This document shows positions 1 through 9,488 of a DNA stretch of 64,000 bases, in pieces. The notes beneath the pieces are model-generated. The model was given only the letters and a program-made list of their open reading frames with translations, searched no databases and had not been told where the DNA came from. Where the stretch lies: positions 64,001 to 128,000 of the forward strand of contig JBEIPA010000013.1 in NCBI GenBank assembly GCA_040377305.1, written 5' to 3'. Within the stretch, counting starts at the first letter, position 1, and each line of letters opens with the position of its first letter. The position numbers and the translations under genes are program-made. This stretch comes from Flavobacteriales bacterium. Lineage in GTDB: Bacteria; Bacteroidota; Bacteroidia; Palsa-965.

Positions 1-98
1 AACTTGCGAGTTGCGGCAGAAACGAAGGAATTAATGTGCGCTGATCGTACCGTAAATCCGCAACCCTTTTCTCCCCAAAACGGAGTAACTTTATAGCA

Positions 99-1100
99 AT
101 GCTCCGCACTATCACACCGTATCGACTTTGGAATGCAATGAAGCTCTATACTTCATTTCGCAAATCGAAGCGTACAAAACGTGCGGATCTAACCGCGTTG
201 CCAATTAGTATTTCGGTTGAGCCAACTACGAGTTGCAATTTACGTTGTCCGGAATGCCCAAGCGGGTTGAGAAGTTTCTCGCGCCCCACAGGAATGATGA
301 GTGAAGAACTGTTTCGCAAAATCACCGACGATGTGAAGTCGCATGTGATGTACATGAACTTTTATTTTCAGGGCGAACCTTTTCTGAATTCAAAGCTGAC
401 GGAGATGATTCGTTATGCGCACGACAAGAAGATATTCACGTCGACATCAACCAATGCACATTATCTCGATGAAGAGAATTGCCGGAAGATAGTGGAATCG
501 AAACTGGATCGTCTGATTATTTCCATTGACGGCTCAACACAGGAAACGTACGCGGCTTACAGAATTGGCGGTTCGCTTTCGAAAGTGATTGAAGGCACGA
601 AGAATATTGTCGCGATGAAACAAAAAATGAAATCGCGCAAACCTGAAATTGTTTTTCAGATGCTGGTTGTGAAGCCGAATGAACACCAGGTTCACGAAGT
701 GCAAACACTTGCGGAGAAACTGGAAGTGGATGAAGTTGTTCTGAAAACAGCACAGGTTTACGAGTATGAAAACGGCAACGAGCTAATTCCAAACAATGAA
801 GAGTACTCGCGCTACAAGCGTGGCGATAACGGTCGTTGGGAATTAAAGAACGAGCTTGAAGATCACTGCTGGAAGATGTGGCACTCGTGTGTGATAACCT
901 GGGATGGTTCAGTTGTGCCGTGTTGCTTCGATAAAGATGCGCACCATAAACTCGGAACACTGAAAACATTTTCGTTCAGCGAAATTTGGTTCAGCGAGCC
1001 GTATAACAAATTCAGGAATGCCGTGTTGAGCGGACGCAAAGAAATAGACATTTGCAGGAACTGCTCGGAAGGTTCGCATGTGTACGCCGGTGTGGAGTAA
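99..1100 (+). CDS. Radical SAM protein with C-terminal SPASM/twitch domain
   Basis: CxxxCxxC motif (CNLRCPEC), QGEP motif, C-terminal Cys cluster (C..W..C..DG.VVPCC...CRNC). Confidence 0.9.
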   Translation: MLRTITPYRLWNAMKLYTSFRKSKRTKRADLTALPISISVEPTTSCNLRCPECPSGLRSFSRPTGMMSEELFRKITDDVKSHVMYMNFYFQGEPFLNSKLTEMIRYAHDKKIFTSTSTNAHYLDEENCRKIVESKLDRLIISIDGSTQETYAAYRIGGSLSKVIEGTKNIVAMKQKMKSRKPEIVFQMLVVKPNEHQVHEVQTLAEKLEVDEVVLKTAQVYEYENGNELIPNNEEYSRYKRGDNGRWELKNELEDHCWKMWHSCVITWDGSVVPCCFDKDAHHKLGTLKTFSFSEIWFSEPYNKFRNAVLSGRKEIDICRNCSEGSHVYAGVE

Positions 1101-1168
1101 CAGTTCATTTGTATTCTGAGCACGGTATCGTGACCTGTTTGTGGAAACCGAGATGTTAATGGTCAATC

Positions 1169-1205
1169 AACCGCAAAGGCGCTAAGACGCAAAGGACGCA
1201 CAAAG
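1169..1205. repeat. REP-like short repeat between convergent genes
   Basis: aaccgcaaaggcgctaagacgcaaaggacgcacaaag has an internal cgcaaagg direct repeat and resembles the element at 47641. Confidence 0.4.
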
Positions 1206-1217
1206 ATTTCCTGGAAC

Positions 1218-2390
1218 TTAGAACGCCTCTCCCACAAAAATATAGAAGCCTGGACCTTCACGTGTGAACGCAACATCTACGCGCGTGAAAATGTCTTTCT
1301 TTTGAAAAATCAAATAGCGTATTCCACCACCCCCGGACACCACTAGGTGTTCAAACTTCACATGATTCCATTCCGGGAAAACTGTTCCTGCTCCAATGAA
1401 CGCAGCAAGTCCCCAACGTTTAGTGAATGAAAAAGGAAGTGGCAACATTCTGAATTCAGCCTGTGCAGCGATGAGATTATTATCGCGGTAACGCCCCGTG
1501 TAATAACCACGCATCATCATTTCTCCACCCATCAGGGCGAGCTGATTGAAGGGAACAGTTCCGGCATTAAATTGTCCGACCGCCTGCAGTGCTAACACAT
1601 TTCGTTTCTGCATCGGAATGTATAGACGCTGATCAACGAAAACTGTACTCATGTTGAAATCACTTCCCCATGATTTATCAGAATGCAGGTATGCGATTTC
1701 TGAGTAAATGCCGTGACGAACATTGAGTACGTTGTGTCGGTTATCATAAACCAAACCAAGGCCCATTTCCAGATTCGCATAACCCGTGTGTCCATGCGGC
1801 AATTGAATAGGATGTGTTGATGTTGGAATGAATTCTACTTTCGACAAACGCTGAAAGTCAAATTCTGCTCCAACGTAAAGATTCTTGTAAACCTTTCTCA
1901 GAACACGTTGGCGCGCCTGAATAGTTACGGCATTGACCTGTGCAATGTGATGCTCTCCGCTCTCGGGACCAATTCCAAAATAGAGTAGAGGGTAACTTTG
2001 AAATTTGGAATGTCCGAGAAGAAACCATTTGTTATCGTCGGAGTAAAGTGCGTTGTCGAGAATAACGCCGTACTGTTGTTCCAGCGTAAAAAATGTGAAT
2101 GCACTTATTTCTGACAAGCGGTTTGTGGTGTCGCGCTTCGCATGAAATACATAAAGACTGCTGATCCCAAATTCCCAACTTGTTTCAGGCGCAAACGCCA
2201 CCGTAGGATAAGCCATGAACTGCGGCTTCGAGGGTTCCTCATGATTATTGAGGACGTGATTGATATAACGTACAAAAAGATTCGGTCGACGCGCTTGTGT
2301 TGTGGTATCATCCTGCGCGTACAAATTCACGCACGAAAACGTAAGCACACACGCAAGCAGAAATGCACGTAAACCGATCAGCGGAAACAT
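1218..2390 (-). CDS. Omp85/BamA-TamA family outer-membrane barrel protein, no obvious POTRA domains
   Basis: Signal peptide from MFPLIGLR, MRGY motif, C-terminal YIFVGEAF beta signal. Start moved from 2459 to 2390. Confidence 0.8.
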   Translation of the reverse strand: MFPLIGLRAFLLACVLTFSCVNLYAQDDTTTQARRPNLFVRYINHVLNNHEEPSKPQFMAYPTVAFAPETSWEFGISSLYVFHAKRDTTNRLSEISAFTFFTLEQQYGVILDNALYSDDNKWFLLGHSKFQSYPLLYFGIGPESGEHHIAQVNAVTIQARQRVLRKVYKNLYVGAEFDFQRLSKVEFIPTSTHPIQLPHGHTGYANLEMGLGLVYDNRHNVLNVRHGIYSEIAYLHSDKSWGSDFNMSTVFVDQRLYIPMQKRNVLALQAVGQFNAGTVPFNQLALMGGEMMMRGYYTGRYRDNNLIAAQAEFRMLPLPFSFTKRWGLAAFIGAGTVFPEWNHVKFEHLVVSGGGGIRYLIFQKKDIFTRVDVAFTREGPGFYIFVGEAF

Positions 2391-2419
2391 TGGTCTAAAA
2401 TACGAAAGAAAGCGCTCAC

Positions 2420-2444
2420 CGTCATCGCGAGGCACGACGCGATC
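2420..2444 (+). repeat. REP-like imperfect palindrome (CGTC-foot type)
   Basis: cgtcatcgcgaggcacgacgcgatc: CGTC foot followed by an atcgcg...cgcgat stem. Confidence 0.5.
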
Positions 2445-2507
2445 CCACGAGCGGAACATAATTTACACTGGACGTGTAGCGGAAGACGAAAGCGCTTCTT
2501 GACTTGG

Positions 2508-3293
2508 TCAGTATTCCATAGTTCTCACCAACTTCCCCTCTTCATAAAACTCTTCTTTGATGAGCTTGCCGGATTCGTTGTAGTAGGACCAGGTGCCGAT
2601 TTTGTCGGGAGCTTTCCACTGTGTCTCCAACGGACAAGGGGGATATTGACCTTTTACATGTAGTTGTCCATTGCTGTACCAAGATGTGAATTCACTACAC
2701 AAGTAGGGCATAAGCCGGGTAGATTCTTCCATCTTCTGACCAGATTCGTAGTATGTGATATATGGTTGGGGTTTCCGAAGATTTGGATCACCTGGCAAGA
2801 ACGTGAGTTGTCCATTTTCATAGTACTGTGCACTATAATGCCATGTTACATGCTGGTCGTTGGGAGAATCACGCATGGATAAATTCTTTTCAGAAATTGC
2901 GCCTGAACGATAGTAATGCAATTCATAACATGTGTCGTTGGAAAAATACATTTCCATTTTAAGTCCACCTTCTACATACCACTCTTTCGATCGCCAACAA
3001 TTGCCACAGCTATCTACGGGATGACTCCACGATTTGACTTTTCCATTCCTAAACCAAGCCGTATCTACGCTTTTATAAATATCAGCTTTGATATACCGGG
3101 CGCGATTTTTGAATTTCGAATCATAATATATCATCCACATTCCAGATCGCAATTCATATTTCACAAAATACGATGTGTCACCCTCTACGATCGAGGTCTT
3201 GACAATACTCGTATCACCAATCCACGTTTTCTTTTCCTGCGCGAATGATGTTGCAGAAATAACAAAAAATAAGATGATCAATTTCCATCGCAT
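2508..3293 (-). CDS. Exported MORN-variant/YwqK-like repeat protein
   Basis: Signal peptide MRWKLIILFF..AQE and repeated YYENGQL / WYSNGQL / YYNESGKL units. Confidence 0.75.
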   Translation of the reverse strand: MRWKLIILFFVISATSFAQEKKTWIGDTSIVKTSIVEGDTSYFVKYELRSGMWMIYYDSKFKNRARYIKADIYKSVDTAWFRNGKVKSWSHPVDSCGNCWRSKEWYVEGGLKMEMYFSNDTCYELHYYRSGAISEKNLSMRDSPNDQHVTWHYSAQYYENGQLTFLPGDPNLRKPQPYITYYESGQKMEESTRLMPYLCSEFTSWYSNGQLHVKGQYPPCPLETQWKAPDKIGTWSYYNESGKLIKEEFYEEGKLVRTMEY

Positions 3294-3404
3294 ACCCCAA
3301 GTTAAACAAAAAGCGCCCCATCTCTGAAGCGCTTCTGTAATCAAAATTCGTGTTGTGTTTTAACAAGAGTCTGTACACCCGTCTCCGATCTCCCAACTCC
3401 CAAC

Positions 3405-3968
3405 TTACACCGTCATAATATCCTTCTCCTTCGCCTCCAAATGCTTATCCACTTTCGCAGAATACGTATCTGTCACTTGCTGAACTTTTGCTTCTCCACC
3501 TTTCACTTCGTCTTCAGTAAGTCCGCCTTTGAGTAGTGCGCGAACTTGTTCGTTTGCTTCTTTACGCGCTGTGCGGATAGAAACTTTCGCGTGCTCTCCT
3601 TCTTCTTTTGCTTTCTTCACCATCTGCTTACGACGTTCTTCCGTCATCGGAGGAATTGCGCAGATGATCATGACTCCGTTGTTGGTTGGATTGAATCCAA
3701 GATTCGCTGCCTGTATAGCGCGCATGATTGGATCGATCATGGATTTCTCCCAGGGCTGAACTGCAAGCGTTCTTGCTTCCGGAGTGTTTACGTTTGCCAC
3801 CTGATTAAGCGGCGTCATCGTTCCGTAATAGTCAACCATGATTCCGTCGAGCATGCCTACGCTCGCACGACCACCACGGATCTTTGCGAGTTCGTTCTCG
3901 AGGTGTTTCACTGCACCGTCCATCGACTCTTCGGTGCTTTCTATAATGAATTTAAGTTCTTCGCTCAT
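3405..3968 (-). CDS. frr: Ribosome recycling factor
   Basis: GRAS..MLD.I.VDYYG, PPMTEERRK motifs; adjacent to pyrH. Confidence 0.97.
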   Translation of the reverse strand: MSEELKFIIESTEESMDGAVKHLENELAKIRGGRASVGMLDGIMVDYYGTMTPLNQVANVNTPEARTLAVQPWEKSMIDPIMRAIQAANLGFNPTNNGVMIICAIPPMTEERRKQMVKKAKEEGEHAKVSIRTARKEANEQVRALLKGGLTEDEVKGGEAKVQQVTDTYSAKVDKHLEAKEKDIMTV

Positions 3969-4006
3969 AAAAAGGTATTTACGTAAAAATAAGAGTTTTC
4001 GTGAAT

Positions 4007-4105
4007 GGGGATTAGGGAATTAAGGTATTAGGGTATTTAGGTGTTTGGAAATCGACATTTTAGTTTTGCCCAAATACCCCAATCCCCTAATACCTTAGTC
4101 CCTAA
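4007..4105. repeat. Low-complexity 8-9-mer repeat tracts in inverted arrangement
   Basis: ggggattagggaattaaggtattagggtatttagg ... ccaaataccccaatcccctaataccttagtccctaa. Confidence 0.7.
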
Positions 4106-4113
4106 CCGTGGTC

Positions 4114-4818
4114 TTATAGTGATACAAGTGTCCCTACTTTCTCTCCCGTTACCACCTTCTTCAGGTTCCCCTTCTTATTCATATCGAAAACGATAATAGG
4201 AAGGTTATTCTCCTTGCAAAGCGTGAACGCAGTAAGATCCATCACATTCAGGTTCTTCTGATACACTTCGTCGAATGAAATATGTTCGAACTTGGTTGCC
4301 GTTTTATCTTTCTCCGGATCGGCCGTGTAAATGCCATCAACACGCGTTCCTTTCAGAACAACATCTGCTTCGATTTCGATTGCACGCAATGATGCAGCTG
4401 TGTCTGTTGTGAAATACGGATTACCCGTTCCTGCTCCAAAAATAACCACGCGGTTTTTTTCGAGGTGACGAACGGCGCGACGACGAATGAACGGTTCACA
4501 AATCTTGTTCATCTCAATTGCCGACTGCAAACGTGAAGGAACTTCGAGTTTCTCCAGCGCCGACTGCAAAGCCATGCTGTTGATCATGGTTGCAAGCATT
4601 CCCATGTAGTCGCCTTGAACGCGATCCATGCCGCCGTCTTCTGCCTGTATTCCACGGAAAATATTTCCTCCGCCGATTACGATCGCAACTTGCACGTCTT
4701 TCGAAATCTCTTTAATCTCTGCAGCGTATTGACCCAACACATCGTGATCAATACCGAATTGTTTGTTGCCCATCAGCGACTCTCCGCTGAGCTTGAGAAG
4801 TACTCTTTTGTATTTCAT
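4114..4818 (-). CDS. pyrH: UMP kinase
   Basis: [26 protein letters not shown] motifs. Confidence 0.97.
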   Translation of the reverse strand: MKYKRVLLKLSGESLMGNKQFGIDHDVLGQYAAEIKEISKDVQVAIVIGGGNIFRGIQAEDGGMDRVQGDYMGMLATMINSMALQSALEKLEVPSRLQSAIEMNKICEPFIRRRAVRHLEKNRVVIFGAGTGNPYFTTDTAASLRAIEIEADVVLKGTRVDGIYTADPEKDKTATKFEHISFDEVYQKNLNVMDLTAFTLCKENNLPIIVFDMNKKGNLKKVVTGEKVGTLVSL

Positions 4819-4872
4819 AAACGTAAGGTCAAAAAAAATCCCTCCGAAGAGGGATTGAAATTAAATCAATGA

Positions 4873-5697
4873 TTATCCGAGAGCAATGCGGCGGAAAGCA
4901 GTAACAGTTGCATCCTTGTCAGCAGTTTGAATGTACTGACGGATCGTTTTCTTCGCATCCTTAATGAACTCCTGGTTCAACAATGTATTTTCCTTGTAGA
5001 ACTTGTTGAGTTTGCCTTGCGCGATTTTCTCAACCATGTCTTCCGGTTTTCCTTCAGCGCGGGTTGTTTCACGTGCAATCTCAAGCTCACGCTCCAGAAT
5101 AGTTGTGTCAACATCATCCTTGTCAAGTGCAACAGGTGCCATTGCTGCAGTTTGCATCGCAACGTCTTTTGCAATTTCATCGCTCACTTCTTTGTTGAAA
5201 CCAACGATTACAGCAAGACGATTTCCAGGGTGATTGTATGCAACAACTTTAGTTGCTTCTACTTGTTCGTAGCGTGAAAGCTCAATTTTCTCACCGATAC
5301 GACCAACTTGTTCAGTAACCTTTTCTGCAATCGTCATTCCATCGCCGTAAGGCAATGCAAGAAGTGCAGCAAGATCAGCCGGCTTCTGGTTCAAAGCAAT
5401 TTGTCCCATTGCAGAAGCAACTTTTCCGAAATCTTCATTCTTAGCAACGAAGTCTGTTTCGCAGTTCAGAACTACAACAACTCCACGTGAGCCTGTAGTC
5501 TGTGCAATAACATATCCTTCTTTTGCATCGCGGTCGCTGCGGTTAGCCGCAACTTTCTGACCTTTTTTGCGCAACAAGTCGATAGCAGCTTCGAAGTCCC
5601 CGTTTGTTTCAACGAGTGCTTTCTTGCAATCCATCATTCCCGCGCCTGTGATAGTACGCAGCTTGTTTACGTCTGTTGCTGTGATTGTAACTGACAT
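4873..5697 (-). CDS. tsf: Elongation factor Ts
   Basis: LR..TGAGMMDCKKAL and NCETDFVAKN motifs. Confidence 0.97.
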   Translation of the reverse strand: MSVTITATDVNKLRTITGAGMMDCKKALVETNGDFEAAIDLLRKKGQKVAANRSDRDAKEGYVIAQTTGSRGVVVVLNCETDFVAKNEDFGKVASAMGQIALNQKPADLAALLALPYGDGMTIAEKVTEQVGRIGEKIELSRYEQVEATKVVAYNHPGNRLAVIVGFNKEVSDEIAKDVAMQTAAMAPVALDKDDVDTTILERELEIARETTRAEGKPEDMVEKIAQGKLNKFYKENTLLNQEFIKDAKKTIRQYIQTADKDATVTAFRRIALG

Positions 5698-5806
5698 TAT
5701 TATTTCTCTTAATTCTGTTATACTTCAATTTAATTAAGGCGCTTGACAGATTCAGCGGAGTCGAAGTGTGACTGCCGGCTGCACTACTGCAAGACTGCCG
5801 GCTGAA

Positions 5807-6811
5807 TTAACGACCTGTCGGCTTACGCGGACCGCCAGTTGAAGGACCACGATTCGGGCCACCAGGACCACGACTCTGTCCGCCACCAGGACCGCGATTG
5901 AAACCACCCGTGTTGCCACCAGGGCCACGGTTGAATCCGCCAGTGTTTCCACCAGGACCACGGTTAGCACCGCCAGTGTTTCCACCGCGAACAGGTTTCT
6001 TAGCTAAGCCAGGACCTTTTTTCTCACCGCGTTTTTCTTCGCCGTCTTCAGTTTCGTATTTCTTCAGGCGACGCTCGTCAAGATCGTTCTCGTCGTTTTC
6101 TTCTTCGCCTTTGTCTTTGTCGATCTTACGATCTTCAAGACCTTCCTGAACCGCTTTACAAACGATGTCAATGATCAGGCTGATTGAAGTTGAAGCGTCG
6201 TCGTTAGCAGGAACTGCATAATCAACTTCGTTCGGATCTGCATTGGTATCAACCATTGCAAAAGTTGGAATTCCCAAACGGTGTGCTTCAGCAACTGCGA
6301 TGTGCTCGTTAACGATATCAACGAGGAAAATAGCTGCAGGCAAACGAGTCAGGTCAGCAATTGAACCGAGGTTATGCTCGAGTTTCGCACGCTCACGAGA
6401 CAACATAAGGCGCTCTTTCTTAGAAAGGATCTCCCATGTTCCGTCTGTGCCCATTTTATCGATGCTCGCCATTTTGCGAATCGCTTTACGGATCGTAGCG
6501 AAGTTGGTAAGCATTCCGCCTGGCCAACGCTCAGTTACGTAAGGCATACCGATCTTCTTTACTTTCTCAGCAACGATATCTTTTGCTTGTTTCTTCGTAG
6601 CAACGAAGAGGATTTTTTTACCAGAGCGTGCAATTTGCTTCAAAGCACTGCAAGCTTCTTCCAGTTTCACAACCGTCTTGTTCAGATCGATAATGTGAAT
6701 ACCGTTCTTCTCAGTGAAGATGTAAGGAGCCATTGCTGGGTTCCACTTACGGCGAAGGTGACCAAAGTGTGCACCTGCTTCGAGAAGTTCGTTAAATGAT
6801 GTTCTTGACAT
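5807..6811 (-). CDS. rpsB: 30S ribosomal protein S2 with long charged and Gly-rich repeat tail
   Basis: [28 protein letters not shown] motifs. Confidence 0.97.
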   Translation of the reverse strand: MSRTSFNELLEAGAHFGHLRRKWNPAMAPYIFTEKNGIHIIDLNKTVVKLEEACSALKQIARSGKKILFVATKKQAKDIVAEKVKKIGMPYVTERWPGGMLTNFATIRKAIRKMASIDKMGTDGTWEILSKKERLMLSRERAKLEHNLGSIADLTRLPAAIFLVDIVNEHIAVAEAHRLGIPTFAMVDTNADPNEVDYAVPANDDASTSISLIIDIVCKAVQEGLEDRKIDKDKGEEENDENDLDERRLKKYETEDGEEKRGEKKGPGLAKKPVRGGNTGGANRGPGGNTGGFNRGPGGNTGGFNRGPGGGQSRGPGGPNRGPSTGGPRKPTGR

Positions 6812-6841
6812 GATGTCTGTATAATGAATTGTAAATACCGA

Positions 6842-7228
6842 TTAACGTTTGCTGAACTGGAAGCGGCGACGTGCTTTACGACGACCAAATTTCTTACGTT
6901 CAACCATGCGAGGGTCACGAGTAACGAGACCGTCAGCGCGAAGTTTTGGCTTCACTTCCGCATCCAACTCAATGAGTGCACGGGAAATAGCAAGGCGAAT
7001 TGCTTCTGCCTGACCGGTTGTTCCGCCACCTTCTACGTTTACACGGATGTCGAACTGTTCGTTCTGTCCGGTAAGTACCAAGGGCTGGATTACTTTGTTC
7101 TGAAGAACTTCTGTAGAGAAGTACTGTTTGTAGTCACGATTGTTGATCGTGATGGTCCCATTTCCGCGCTGAAGATAGATGCGCGCAACTGCTGTCTTAC
7201 GACGACCAAGTGTGTTAGTTACTTCCAT
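6842..7228 (-). CDS. rpsI: 30S ribosomal protein S9
   Basis: GRRKTAVAR...RDPRMVERKK...QFSKR. Confidence 0.98.
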   Translation of the reverse strand: MEVTNTLGRRKTAVARIYLQRGNGTITINNRDYKQYFSTEVLQNKVIQPLVLTGQNEQFDIRVNVEGGGTTGQAEAIRLAISRALIELDAEVKPKLRADGLVTRDPRMVERKKFGRRKARRRFQFSKR

Positions 7229-7692
7229 TATGCTCTCTCCTTAATGGTTTTAAGATCGATTTTCTTAGGGTTCTGAGCTTCCTGCTTGTGTGAAGTTCCA
7301 GCGTAAACGAATACGTTACGACGAAGACGATCACCAAGAATTGTTTTAGGAAGCATACGGCCGATTGCAAGTTCCAAAATGCGCTCAGGCTTTGAGTTCA
7401 ACAACTCTTTTGGAGTTGCGAAACGCTGACCTCCTGGATAACCAGTGTGGCGCACGTAAACTTTGTCAGTCATCTTCTTTCCTGTGAAGCGAACTTTCTC
7501 AGCATTAATAATTACTACATTATCACCGCAGTCAACGTGCGGAGTGTAGCTTGTCTTGTGCTTGCCACGTACGAGGTAAGCAACCTTAGAGGCTAGGCGA
7601 CCAACGGTTTCATTCTCCGCATCTACCAGAAGCCACTCTTTTTTTACAGTAGCCGAGTTAAGGTTAGCTGTTTTGTAAGATTGTGTATCCAC
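7228..7692 (-). CDS. rplM: 50S ribosomal protein L13 (GTG start)
   Basis: GRLAS, GKHK..YTPHVDCGD, HTGYPGG motifs. Confidence 0.98.
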   Translation of the reverse strand: MDTQSYKTANLNSATVKKEWLLVDAENETVGRLASKVAYLVRGKHKTSYTPHVDCGDNVVIINAEKVRFTGKKMTDKVYVRHTGYPGGQRFATPKELLNSKPERILELAIGRMLPKTILGDRLRRNVFVYAGTSHKQEAQNPKKIDLKTIKERA

Positions 7693-7749
7693 TTGTTTTA
7701 TTTAATTAGTTCTACCTGAGCAGAATTTCCCTTTGTTCAAAACGGGCTG

Positions 7750-7780
7750 CAAAGATACGCGCATTTCTAAGTTCACCAAA
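7750..7780 (-). promoter_or_regulatory. Bacteroidota primary-sigma promoter of the rplM operon
   Basis: Minus strand reads TTTG-N19-TATCTTTG, matching the -33/-7 consensus TTTG..TAnnTTTG. Confidence 0.8.
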
Positions 7781-7872
7781 GATGAGGTTGAACATCAATG
7801 TATGAATCGCCGAATTTTGCCTGAAAAAAGCGATTTGTGAGGAAGAAGACGCTGGGCAATCATGATGATAAC

Positions 7873-7921
7873 GTCTTATATAATAGACATTAAACGTATA
7901 TTTGTCTATTATAATAGACAA
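7873..7921 (+). promoter_or_regulatory. Promoter plus palindromic operators of the HTH-hipA operon
   Basis: -7 box TATATTTG (7897-7904) is overlapped by a perfect 20-bp palindrome ttgtctattataatagacaa (7902-7921); an imperfect second copy gtcttatataatagac lies at 7873-7888. Confidence 0.75.
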
Positions 7922-7923
7922 TT

Positions 7924-8241
7924 GTGAAACGACAAGCACTTTTATTGCCATCCGCAAAAAATATTCTCAGCGAAATGGGAGAGAACCTTCGTCTCGCACG
8001 TCTGAGAAGAAAGATAAGCGCACAACAAGTAGCGGAACGCGCAAACATCAGCCGATCTACTTTGTGGATGATTGAAAAAGGTTCTCCGGCTGTTGCAATG
8101 GGTGCGTACATGCAGGTTTTATTTGTGCTTGGGCTGGAAAATGATCTCGGCAAAGTTGCGGCAGATGACGTGCTCGGAAAGAAGCTTCAGGATCTGGAGT
8201 TAATGCCAAAAGAGCGAGCACCTAAACGTCCGAAGGAATGA
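7924..8241 (+). CDS. XRE-family HTH regulator / HipB-like antitoxin
   Basis: LRLARLRRKISAQQVAERANISRSTL..IEKG HTH; ATGA overlap with the HipA-family gene. Confidence 0.85.
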   Translation: MKRQALLLPSAKNILSEMGENLRLARLRRKISAQQVAERANISRSTLWMIEKGSPAVAMGAYMQVLFVLGLENDLGKVAADDVLGKKLQDLELMPKERAPKRPKE

Positions 8242-9479
8242 ATCCGATTGAAGTTTGGTCGCAATGGGTGGGAATGAATGAAGCAGCACGCGTTGGGCTT
8301 ATTCATGCAGGAGAATCGCGCGGACAAGAAATACTTTCGTTTGAATACGATGCAAAGTGGATGAAGACACGTCATCACGTGCTTGATCCTTATTTGCAGT
8401 ATTATTCCGGGAAATTTTTTCCGCGCAGCGGTTCTGAAAGCTTTGGTTTGTTTCTCGATTCTTCTCCTGGAGATTGGGGACGCATGCTGCACAACAAATA
8501 CGAACAAGTGCTCGCGCGAAAAGAGAAACGCGAAGTAAGTAAGCTGCATGCATCCGGTTTTCTTGTGCGTGTATTCGATTACTATCGTCAGGGTGCATTG
8601 CGTTTCAGGTTTAACGCAAATGAAGAATTCGTAACGAGTGATGAACAATTCTTCCTGCCGACGTTTGCTTCGCTGAAAGAACTCGAACGTGCTAGTGTAA
8701 TTTGCAGCAACGAGCACGTCAATGACAAAGATTTTCCGACTGCAATAGAAGCACTTATTCATCCCGGCGGCGCGCTGGGAGGGAAGCGTCCGAAAGTAAA
8801 TGTGATTGACGACGAGTGGCAAATGTGGATGGCAAAATTCCCATCACCGCAAGATCAGTCTGACATTGGCGGTTGGGAATTTGTGGCACACACCTTGGCT
8901 GGACTCGCAGGAATAAATACGAGTTCAGTACTGCTGAAAAAATCGAACGCTCATCATCACACTTTTCTTTCGCAACGTTTCGATCGAAATCTGAAAGGAG
9001 AACGAATTCATTTTGCATCGGCCATGACTATGTTGGGTTATGCCAATGAAAATGATTCGCTGCAACGCGTAAGTTATCTCAACATGGCAGAGTTTCTCAT
9101 GCGGCATGGTTCAGATGTAAATCGCGATCTGGAAGAGTTGTGGAGAAGAATTGTGTTCAACATTGCAATCAGAAACACGGATGATCATTTACGTAATCAC
9201 GGTTTCTTGCTCAACGATCGTGGTTGGGAACTGTCACCTGCATTTGATCTGAATCCAACGGGTGGAGATTCACTTTCACTCAACATTTCGGAGAGCGACA
9301 GTTCATGCGATTTCGAACTCGCGATGCGTGTGGCGCCTTATTTCCGGATCAGCGACGCGCGTGCGAAGAGCATTATGCAGATTGTGAAAGTTGCAGTGGG
9401 GCAGTGGAGAAAAGTTGCGTCCGATGCCGGCCTTACAAAAGCCGAGATCGAACGCATGAGTAGTTCTTTTGAAAAGTAA
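8238..9479 (+). CDS. HipA-family kinase toxin
   Basis: LGG.RPK loop, RFDR, NTDDHLRNHGF and LSPAFDLNP motifs. Confidence 0.9.
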   Translation: MNPIEVWSQWVGMNEAARVGLIHAGESRGQEILSFEYDAKWMKTRHHVLDPYLQYYSGKFFPRSGSESFGLFLDSSPGDWGRMLHNKYEQVLARKEKREVSKLHASGFLVRVFDYYRQGALRFRFNANEEFVTSDEQFFLPTFASLKELERASVICSNEHVNDKDFPTAIEALIHPGGALGGKRPKVNVIDDEWQMWMAKFPSPQDQSDIGGWEFVAHTLAGLAGINTSSVLLKKSNAHHHTFLSQRFDRNLKGERIHFASAMTMLGYANENDSLQRVSYLNMAEFLMRHGSDVNRDLEELWRRIVFNIAIRNTDDHLRNHGFLLNDRGWELSPAFDLNPTGGDSLSLNISESDSSCDFELAMRVAPYFRISDARAKSIMQIVKVAVGQWRKVASDAGLTKAEIERMSSSFEK

Positions 9480-9488
9480 TCTGAACGA

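Noticed and set aside
99-1100. Radical SAM/SPASM as a RiPP maturase
   Set aside because: No precursor peptide, RRE domain or transporter is visible, although the upstream context is cut off by the window edge.
2508-3293. YwqK-type antitoxin of a toxin-antitoxin pair
   Set aside because: It has a signal peptide and no adjacent toxin; MORN-variant repeats are common in exported Bacteroidota proteins.
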